From IMG/VR virus record IMGVR_UViG_3300007165_000002: a stretch of 34,933 nt of DNA; one strand, 5' to 3'. This stretch comes from a virus. The notes under the pieces were generated by a model. It searched no databases, was not told the DNA's origin, and saw nothing but the letters and a program-made list of their open reading frames with translations. Both the position numbers and the translations under genes were made by a program. How positions within the stretch are numbered: the stretch's first letter is position 1; each line of letters starts with the position of its first letter. This document shows positions 23,600-29,539 of the stretch, in pieces.

Positions 23600-23611
23600 A
23601 CCTGGATAATT
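23583..23611 (+). promoter_or_regulatory. Rightward early promoter
   Basis: TTGCAA (23583-23588), a 16-nt spacer, then GATAAT (23605-23610). It lies ~40 nt upstream of the first early gene. Confidence 0.6.
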
Positions 23612-23651
23612 CAAATTGTAGTACTTGCAATCAACCAACCGGAGAGAAGAA

Positions 23652-23852
23652 ATGACTGAAACCAAAACCAACGCAGTAAGCATGACCGCCAACGAGGCTT
23701 GGTCGCTCATCGACAAACTCTACGCCGCCGCAGGGCAGTTGAGTGACATCCAGGAGTTCGGTGACTACGGTGACTTTGCCAACAACGGCATGAACCTGGC
23801 CAAAACGGAAATTTTTGAAGTCATCCGCAAACTCGATCCACGCCAACAGTAA
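23652..23852 (+). CDS. Early small acidic protein 1 (66 aa)
   Basis: The SD GGAGAG lies 5 nt before ATG 23652. Roughly 10 acidic versus 6 basic residues. Confidence 0.7.
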   Translation: MTETKTNAVSMTANEAWSLIDKLYAAAGQLSDIQEFGDYGDFANNGMNLAKTEIFEVIRKLDPRQQ

Positions 23853-23859
23853 CGTCAAC

Positions 23860-23875
23860 GGGGGCTTCGGCCCCC
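23860..23875 (+). promoter_or_regulatory. GC hairpin with a UUCG tetraloop between early genes 1 and 2 (no U-tract)
   Basis: GGGGGC-TTCG-GCCCCC read directly, followed by acactcgg, so it is not a classic intrinsic terminator. Confidence 0.6.
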
Positions 23876-23892
23876 ACACTCGGAGAGAAGAA

Positions 23893-24054
23893 ATGCGACA
23901 AGACCTGATCAACACGCTGGAGAACGCCGAGGCCGAGTTGGCCGCGCTCCACGCCATCCCAGAAGACGATATGACCGCCGAGCAGTTGGCGCAGTATCAG
24001 TCCCTCGACCGCCAAATCATTTCACTCAACAAGTCCATCGAACTAGGGGAATAA
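23893..24054 (+). CDS. Early small acidic protein 2 (53 aa)
   Basis: It uses the identical 15-nt start context CGGAGAGAAGAAATG, as gene 1 does. 11 acidic versus 3 basic residues. Helical. Confidence 0.7.
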   Translation: MRQDLINTLENAEAELAALHAIPEDDMTAEQLAQYQSLDRQIISLNKSIELGE

Positions 24055-24055
24055 C

Positions 24056-24289
24056 ATGGATGACACGCAAGCCCTGCACCACCAGTCCGAACTAGACCAA
24101 CAAGAACAAGAGGAATCGTTCTACAAACGGTTTGACCCCGAGACCGGTCTTTACGCTCACGTTCACCAGGACTCTGACACGGTGTTCCTGACAATCGGCA
24201 CTTACTCCGCACACTCCACGTTCCACCTGACCGGCGACCAGGCCAAAGAAATTGCTCGCCACCTAATGATCAAAGGGGATCAAGCATGA
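24056..24289 (+). CDS. Early small acidic protein 3 (77 aa)
   Basis: The ATG lies 1 nt after the upstream stop. 14 acidic versus 5 basic residues, and His-rich. Confidence 0.7.
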   Translation: MDDTQALHHQSELDQQEQEESFYKRFDPETGLYAHVHQDSDTVFLTIGTYSAHSTFHLTGDQAKEIARHLMIKGDQA

Positions 24290-24498
24290 CCAAGCAAACG
24301 AAAGTCGAGAAGGTTCGCCAGCACCTCATCAAGAAGCGCTCCATCACCAGTTGGGACGCAATCACCAAGTACCACGCCACGCGCCTGGCTGACATCATCT
24401 TCAGGCTCAAGCAAAAGGGCTGGATTATCCGCACCACCACCGAGCGCCAGGGCGATATGACCTGGGCACGTTACACGCTAGTCCAAGAGGGGGAGTGA
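24286..24498 (+). CDS. Winged helix-turn-helix protein (70 aa), HTH_39-like; candidate regulator
   Basis: RSITSWDAITKYHATRLADIIFRLKQKGWIIRTTTERQGDMTWARYTLV follows the pattern G.iT...A...f...RLa..I..L+..G..I.........yarY.L. ATGA overlap with gene 3. Confidence 0.65.
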   Translation: MTKQTKVEKVRQHLIKKRSITSWDAITKYHATRLADIIFRLKQKGWIIRTTTERQGDMTWARYTLVQEGE

Positions 24499-24515
24499 TT
24501 GTGAACCGTTTGCAA
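24499..24515. promoter_or_regulatory. Operator-like 17-bp near-palindrome, copy C
   Basis: TTGTGAACCGTTTGCAA starts immediately after the wHTH stop codon. It matches the reverse complement of copy B at 16 of 17 positions. Confidence 0.6.
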
Positions 24516-24538
24516 CAGAACAAATACCAGCGTAACCT
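24510..24538 (+). promoter_or_regulatory. Candidate promoter for the erf-exo-ssb genes
   Basis: TTGCAA (24510-24515), a 17-nt spacer, then TAACCT (24533-24538). It sits in a 132-bp intergenic gap. Confidence 0.35.
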
Positions 24539-24630
24539 TTTTCATAAGCCCACCTTTTTTGAGCGCCACATTGGGCTAATTTTTGTAGTCGCGCTCTTAC
24601 TTGCAGCAGTTTTTTTCTAAGGGAATAGTC

Positions 24631-25218
24631 ATGCAAAAAGTCGCAGCCGCGCTCGTCAAAGCGCAAAAAGAGTTCGGGCCAGCCCTGAAAACCTCAACCA
24701 ACCCACACTTCAAGTCCCGCTACGCCGACCTGGCGGCTTGCATCGAGGCCGTTATTGACTCTCTCAATAACCACGGCATCGCCCTGATGCAGCAATCCCA
24801 TGAGTGTGCGGACGGCATCATCATCGAGACCCTGTTCATCCATGAGTCCGGCGAGACCCTGTCAGGCGGCAAACTGCACGTTCCAGCCTCCAAACAGGAC
24901 GCCCAGGGCTATGGCTCCGCAATGACCTACGCGAGGCGCTACGCCCTCCAGGCGGCGTGCGGAATAGCACCGGAGGACGATGACGGCCACAAGGCCACCA
25001 ACGCCCCCAAAGCGGCCCCTAAACCGTCCCGCGAGGTTCGGACAAGGGATCAGGTCGAGAGCCTGGTCAAAGCCGCCACAAGCCCCGAATTACTGACCAC
25101 GGTCTGGAAGGCGCTGCTGCCGGAGGAACGCGAGTTGGTCAGGGAAATTGCAGCCGAACACGGGGAGAAGTTAAAACTTGACCAGAAACTCCGCACCGAG
25201 GGCGTCCAAAATGCGTGA
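24631..25218 (+). CDS. erf: ERF-family single-strand annealing protein (195 aa)
   Basis: MQKVAAALVKAQKEFGPALKTSTNPHFKSRYADLAACIEAVIDSLNNHGIALMQ fits the ERF N-terminal pattern. The SD AAGGGA lies 6 nt before the ATG. Confidence 0.75.
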   Translation: MQKVAAALVKAQKEFGPALKTSTNPHFKSRYADLAACIEAVIDSLNNHGIALMQQSHECADGIIIETLFIHESGETLSGGKLHVPASKQDAQGYGSAMTYARRYALQAACGIAPEDDDGHKATNAPKAAPKPSREVRTRDQVESLVKAATSPELLTTVWKALLPEERELVREIAAEHGEKLKLDQKLRTEGVQNA

Positions 25219-25849
25219 TCCCAACCCGTTCCAGCAAGATGGAAACTGGTGGAATGACCGGCTGGGCAAGTTAACCGCCAGCCGCGTCAACGCAGCCATG
25301 AATTTCCTCAAATCCGGCAAAGAATCCACCGAGCGCGAGAACCTCCGCTATGAGATTGTGGCCGAGCGCATCACCAACACCATGGTCAACAAGTACACCA
25401 CGCCAGAGATGGCCTGGGGTATCGAAAAAGAGGCCGAGGCCAAAGAAAAGTTTGAGTCGGTGACCGGCCTTATCGTGACCGATGTCGGGTTTATGGATCA
25501 CCCGCGCATCCCGTTTTGCGGGGCCAGCCCTGACGGGTTCTGCTCCGATGGTTGCGCCATCGAGGTCAAGTGCCCCACCACCCGCACGTTTATGAAATGG
25601 GTGGAAAAGCAAACCGTCCCTGCGGAGCATAAGGCCCAGATGACCCTCCAGGCCGCAGTCACCGGAAAAGACGTTTGGTTTGTTGCCTATGACCCGCGCA
25701 TGGGCGAGGGCCGTGATCTTTTCATCCGCAAGTTCTCACCAACCGCAGAGGAAATTGCAGAGGTTGAGGCCGCTTGCGAGACCTTCCTGGCCGAGGTGGA
25801 AAAACTGTTTGACTTCTACACAACACAAGCCGTTTATTTGGAGAAATGA
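25211..25849 (+). CDS. YqaJ/lambda-exonuclease-like PD-(D/E)xK recombination exonuclease (212 aa)
   Basis: WWNDRLGKLTASRVNAAM, GASPDGF and AIEVKCP motifs. The start at ATG 25211 overlaps the erf stop by 8 nt. Confidence 0.75.
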   Translation: MRDPNPFQQDGNWWNDRLGKLTASRVNAAMNFLKSGKESTERENLRYEIVAERITNTMVNKYTTPEMAWGIEKEAEAKEKFESVTGLIVTDVGFMDHPRIPFCGASPDGFCSDGCAIEVKCPTTRTFMKWVEKQTVPAEHKAQMTLQAAVTGKDVWFVAYDPRMGEGRDLFIRKFSPTAEEIAEVEAACETFLAEVEKLFDFYTTQAVYLEK

Positions 25850-25850
25850 A

Positions 25851-26246
25851 ATGCAATTGATTGGACTCGCCCGTTTGGGCAATAACCCCGAAATCCGATA
25901 CACCCCAAGCGGTGACCCCGTCATGGACTTGTCCCTGGCGTTCAACTACGGCAAGAAGGGCGCCGATGGCAAGGTTCCAACCCAGTGGGTTTCCGCGACC
26001 ATGTGGGGCGCCCGTGTGGAAAAACTGCACCCATACCTGATTAAAGGTCAGCAGTTGTTTGTGACCCTGGGTGATCCGCACCTGGAGGAATACAAGCGCA
26101 AAGATGGCACGGGGGGCACCACCCTGCGGGCCAGGCTCAACGAACTAGAGTTTGCAGGGCCAAAACCGGAGCAAGAGGAACGCCCACGGCCAGCGCCGAC
26201 CAAGGATGATCCGTTCGCTGACCTTGACGAGGACGTGCCTTTTTGA
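25851..26246 (+). CDS. ssb: Single-stranded DNA-binding protein (131 aa)
   Basis: MQLIGLARLGNNPEIRYTPSGDPV...WVSATMWGARVEKL (OB-fold pattern) and the acidic tip DDPFADLDEDVPF. Confidence 0.85.
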   Translation: MQLIGLARLGNNPEIRYTPSGDPVMDLSLAFNYGKKGADGKVPTQWVSATMWGARVEKLHPYLIKGQQLFVTLGDPHLEEYKRKDGTGGTTLRARLNELEFAGPKPEQEERPRPAPTKDDPFADLDEDVPF

Positions 26247-26452
26247 TGCTGCGGACGTTCAGAGGATGGGGCGTGGAGTCCACCGCACGAAAGGTCTGGG
26301 TGCGTCAGCCCAGGCCGGTGGACGGCCACAAGGCGTTTCCAATGGTGACGTTTAAATCCAAACGGGAGGCGCAGTTGTGGATCGATGCCAGTTCGTACTG
26401 GAAGGGGAAAGCAAAACCAGTGCGAATCATCATCAGGGTGACCGAATGGTGA
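26246..26452 (+). CDS. Hypothetical basic protein (68 aa)
   Basis: ATG 26246 shares its A with the ssb TGA. Complete ORF. Confidence 0.6.
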   Translation: MLRTFRGWGVESTARKVWVRQPRPVDGHKAFPMVTFKSKREAQLWIDASSYWKGKAKPVRIIIRVTEW

Positions 26453-26535
26453 ACCACGGCCAGTCGGTAGGGGAGTTTTTCTTGTGGATGCTGGTGGTCA
26501 TCGCCATTGGCATTTATATAGCCTATAAGGAATGA
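26449..26535 (+). CDS. Micro-TM peptide (28 aa from GTG 26449, or 17 aa from TTG 26482), below the track cutoff
   Basis: VNHGQSVGEFFLWMLVVIAIGIYIAYKE. GTGA overlap with the upstream stop and ATGA overlap with the lipoprotein start. GGGGAG lies 6 nt before TTG 26482. Confidence 0.4.
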   Translation: MNHGQSVGEFFLWMLVVIAIGIYIAYKE

Positions 26536-26798
26536 CTATGAACAAATCACTTTTGATAGTTTCTATTTTAACCCTGGCGGGTTGCGCCCATCAGCCGTTG
26601 CCACCAGAAGAAGAAATGCCAAAGCAAAAACTAATGGCCAATGACAAGGTTTACTCGATGAGCCGCCTGGAAGTTGTGAACGCCATCAAAGACTGCGAGT
26701 CGGCCCGCACCAGGGCGATTGTGGTCTACGGTAAACGCAGGGTTGGGGGGATGACTAGGGACATCGTTGTAGACGTCACCTGTGCCCCGCTTTACTGA
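26532..26798 (+). CDS. Lipoprotein (88 aa), last gene of the early operon
   Basis: MTMNKSLLIVSILTLAGC has a perfect lipobox (LAGC). GC is lower than in the flanking genes. Confidence 0.75.
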   Translation: MTMNKSLLIVSILTLAGCAHQPLPPEEEMPKQKLMANDKVYSMSRLEVVNAIKDCESARTRAIVVYGKRRVGGMTRDIVVDVTCAPLY

Positions 26799-26799
26799 T

Positions 26800-26835
26800 A
26801 AAAAAACCCCCAGGCCAAGGGGATAGACCTGGGGG
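26800..26835 (-). terminator. Terminator at the convergence of the late (leftward) and early (rightward) operons
   Basis: Arms cccccagg (26807-26814) and cctggggg (26828-26835). On the minus strand the hairpin is followed by U7 (aaaaaaa at 26800-26806). The plus-strand U-tract (cttta) is weaker. Confidence 0.8.
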
Positions 26836-26866
26836 CTTTAGCACTGCAAGGAGACCATGAAGCGCC

Positions 26867-27304
26867 TTAAGAATACGCTCTCGTCCCTTGCCGGTCAATG
26901 ATCAATTTGGAACGGCGGGGGTCTGCACCGTCAACATTGGGCACCGAAATATGCGTCCAAGAGTCAAACTCCAGGATGATTTGATCAAACGGTAAATTGG
27001 CATCAATACAGGCTTGCACCACCTCCCGCGGGGTCATGCCTGGAACGCGGATATCAGCCGCGCAGCCAGTCCGGTGCTGGCTTGAATCCTTAGAGCCCAC
27101 CGAGTCGTTGACCTGTTTGCTGCGGAACCCTGAGTTGACCATGATGGGCTTGCCGCCCAGGGTCTTTTTGACTTGCTCCAGCAGTTCGCACAAACGCGTC
27201 AGGTTGGCGATTTCCGCCTCGTTGGGGGTGTTGTCGTACCCGTGGCGCGCAGCCGCCTCAGAGCGGGTCATTTCCTCAAGGGTGAAGTGTTCGGTCAGGT
27301 TCAT
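26867..27304 (-). CDS. Endolysin, peptidase M15 (L-alanyl-D-glutamate / DD-peptidase fold) (145 aa)
   Basis: EHFTLEEMTRSEAAARHG.DN.P, SGFRS..VN..VG....SQHRTGCAADI and WTHISV give the H-x6-D...H zinc-ligand pattern. Confidence 0.85.
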   Translation of the reverse strand: MNLTEHFTLEEMTRSEAAARHGYDNTPNEAEIANLTRLCELLEQVKKTLGGKPIMVNSGFRSKQVNDSVGSKDSSQHRTGCAADIRVPGMTPREVVQACIDANLPFDQIILEFDSWTHISVPNVDGADPRRSKLIIDRQGTRAYS

Positions 27305-27804
27305 TATCGTCCTTTCAGTGCTTTGACTTCTTCGGCCTTGTCCTTAGACCCTTGACTCGATCCACGGTGAAAGTTCACCACGGTTCCGCTCAAAGTCAGC
27401 AGCGAGCCAAAGGCCATGTAGGCCAGTTCTTTGTTTGCCTCTGGCACGCCTTTGAAAAACAAAAACCAGGTCATAAAGATGGTTGCGCCAACAATCGCAA
27501 AGTCGATGATGTAGGCGGCGTTCTTGGCCAGACTGGAGGCGTGTTCAGAGGTCTGAATAGACGCGTTCATCTTGCGGGCCGAGTCGGTGTTGGCGTTGTG
27601 GGCCTCTAGTTCTTTAATGTCCAGTTCCCGCAGTTTGTAGGCCAGGTTTGGGTCGGCCTGGATGGCCTTGGTCACCGCGTCTACGTTGTCCTCAACGCCC
27701 AGGGCACCAGCAATCATAGAGACCGCTTTACCGGCCAGGGGCCCACCGAGGGCAGTTGCGACCGCTGGGGCCGCACTAGCGACCAGGCTAATTAGTTTGT
27801 CCAT
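27304..27804 (-). CDS. Holin-like membrane protein, GTA_holin_3TM-like (166 aa)
   Basis: Gly/Ala-rich N-terminus LISLVASAAPAVATALGGPLAGKAVSMIAGALG, a coiled segment, then two TM segments (AAYIIDFAIVGATIFMTWFLFF; LAYMAFGSLLTLSGTVV). Strong SD (AAGGAGG). Adjacent to the endolysin. Confidence 0.6.
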   Translation of the reverse strand: MDKLISLVASAAPAVATALGGPLAGKAVSMIAGALGVEDNVDAVTKAIQADPNLAYKLRELDIKELEAHNANTDSARKMNASIQTSEHASSLAKNAAYIIDFAIVGATIFMTWFLFFKGVPEANKELAYMAFGSLLTLSGTVVNFHRGSSQGSKDKAEEVKALKGR

Positions 27805-28060
27805 CTTTGTCCTCCTTCATCAGGTTGGCCGCAGCGTAGGCGCCCTTGCGTCCGGCGATTCCACCGATGGCGCCGATGCACAAAAGCATGATGTCCTTCA
27901 GGATCGACAAGTATTGTTTGTCAATCTCGGCAATCTCGCCCACGGTCTGGTCTACAAACGTCACGGAATACAGGATCATGGCCACCGACCCAAACAGGAT
28001 TAGGGCCAGGGTCATCACCACAAAAGCCCATACGCGAACCTCAAGTTCTTCTGTTGTCAT
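27788..28060 (-). CDS. Two-TM membrane protein (90 aa; alternative GTG start 28066), holin/antiholin-like
   Basis: VWAFVVMTLALILFGSVAMILYSV and IMLLCIGAIGGIAG are TM segments. The C-terminus is charged. The SD GGAG lies 7 nt before ATG 28060. Confidence 0.55.
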   Translation of the reverse strand: MTTEELEVRVWAFVVMTLALILFGSVAMILYSVTFVDQTVGEIAEIDKQYLSILKDIMLLCIGAIGGIAGRKGAYAAANLMKEDKDGQTN

Positions 28061-28062
28061 TC

Positions 28063-28530
28063 TCACTCTCCATAAAAGGCCACGGCCATCTCATGGATGA
28101 CACCGTTGGCCCATAGAATCATCGTAATTAAAAGGGCCGCACCAAAGCAGCCCCATTTCAGTCGGTTCATAGCCTCGCGGTCGTGGCCATCTTCGGTAAA
28201 AAGTCTGGCTCGGTCATCTTTTTGTCGGGCCTCGATGAGTTCAATCTCATTCCATGCTTGGGTGCCCCATTTGTCGATAACGTGCCGCTTGACTTCGTTC
28301 TTTGCGTCTACGGCCTCTTTGACCCGCTTCCACTCATCGACCGCGTCAACGTAAGCATAGTCACCATAGACGGTGGCCTTTTTACGCCTCCAAGCACTGC
28401 GCGCCAGGCGCTCCTTCTTGCCCAGGTCAGCCACTTGTTGCGCGACCTTCTCCAGGTCATCGGCAACTGTAATGAGTTCGCTGGCCTTGCTTATGCCACC
28501 TTTGAGTGCGTCAACAAACGGGTCTGACAT
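28063..28530 (-). CDS. Tail-anchored membrane protein with charged coiled N-domain (155 aa)
   Basis: The only hydrophobic segment is C-terminal (WGCFGAALLITMILWANGVI). The rest is K/E/R/D-rich and helical. Confidence 0.7.
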   Translation of the reverse strand: MSDPFVDALKGGISKASELITVADDLEKVAQQVADLGKKERLARSAWRRKKATVYGDYAYVDAVDEWKRVKEAVDAKNEVKRHVIDKWGTQAWNEIELIEARQKDDRARLFTEDGHDREAMNRLKWGCFGAALLITMILWANGVIHEMAVAFYGE

Positions 28531-28533
28531 GGC

Positions 28534-28788
28534 TCATCTATCCGCCTTTTCGTTGAGGCGATCATATAGCGAACCAATCAGGTTTTCTATCTTGTCAAAC
28601 CGTGCGGACATCTCGGCCCTGACTTCTCTAAGGTCATCACGGCGAACGTAGATTTCTGGAAGGTCTTTCTCAATTTGATGGAGGTCTCGGCGCAGTTCTT
28701 TGACCGAGTCCCATATCTCACGGGCGAACCATCCAACAAACGCTAAAACACCACCCAGCCCAATATTGATGACTGTCTGCCACTCCAT
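28534..28788 (-). CDS. N-terminally anchored membrane protein with coiled-coil ectodomain (84 aa)
   Basis: The TM segment MEWQTVINIGLGGVLAFVGWFA is followed by REIWDSVKELRRDLHQIEKDL...RFDKIENLIGSLYDRLNEKA. Confidence 0.7.
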   Translation of the reverse strand: MEWQTVINIGLGGVLAFVGWFAREIWDSVKELRRDLHQIEKDLPEIYVRRDDLREVRAEMSARFDKIENLIGSLYDRLNEKADR

Positions 28789-28790
28789 GA

Positions 28791-29537
28791 CTACGCCTTC
28801 ATAATGTAGCAGAGGGCATAGTACGGGGGAAGGTTGGCATTGGTACCTGATGTTCCGGCGGAGTTTACCGTTGTTGAAGTTGCAACGGTGATTCCAGTAA
28901 ACGCATCGTTGGTTCCGCCATTGGTGTTGTATACCGCTCCACCTGTTCCAGTGTAGTTAATACTCGGGCTAATGTTGGACGTTGCCGTGGTATGTTTGTG
29001 GCCAGGGTCAGTCACGGTAGATGTGGACGATGCAGTATGCGTGTGCGACACAACAATTGCATCCGCTGATCCACCAGTTGCATCCACCGCATAGGTAGAG
29101 CCCGCGCCAACAATAAACCTGTTTCTAAGGTCAGGTGTGCCGTTCGAGCCGTTACAGAGATACCAGCCCGCAGGGATAGACCCGATAGAACCAGACCACA
29201 ACACAATCACGCCAGACGGGGTCGGGGTGGCCGGAGTGGGCGCAACACCAATGATTCCATATAGATTGTCGTATGTCTGGATTGTGACGTCCGCAGATGT
29301 TTTAAGGATGAATTTGTAAAAGTAACCCTCGGTCAGCCAAATTTCTGATGGGGGACGGCCATCGCTGCCCAGGATAATTGGGTTGGTGTTGGCAATCAGG
29401 CCGGCACTGTCCGTATAGGTTGCAAGCGGAGTGCTAGAGCCAGCCTGGTATGTGTAAATCTTACCGGCGTTGAGCGGCAGTCCGTTGCTATCAAAAAACT
29501 GGAAACCGTTACCGATTGGGGAGAGATTGACGGCCAT
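28791..29537 (-). CDS. Tail fibre protein with phage tail-collar domain (248 aa)
   Basis: IPAGWYLCNGSNGTPDLRNRFIVGAGSTYAVDATGGSADAIVVSHTHT fits the tail-collar domain pattern. The C-terminus LPPYYALCYIMKA also fits. Confidence 0.8.
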   Translation of the reverse strand: MAVNLSPIGNGFQFFDSNGLPLNAGKIYTYQAGSSTPLATYTDSAGLIANTNPIILGSDGRPPSEIWLTEGYFYKFILKTSADVTIQTYDNLYGIIGVAPTPATPTPSGVIVLWSGSIGSIPAGWYLCNGSNGTPDLRNRFIVGAGSTYAVDATGGSADAIVVSHTHTASSTSTVTDPGHKHTTATSNISPSINYTGTGGAVYNTNGGTNDAFTGITVATSTTVNSAGTSGTNANLPPYYALCYIMKA

Positions 29538-29539
29538 GA

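Noticed and set aside
23625-23630. Leftward promoter using TTGCAA at 23625-23630 with TATCCA (face-to-face with the early promoter), and a TTGCAT-16-TATCTT candidate at ~23540-23568
   Set aside because: The -10 elements are weak and there is no adjacent gene; the nearest leftward start is ~500 nt away. They are mentioned only as possibilities for the unexplained control region.
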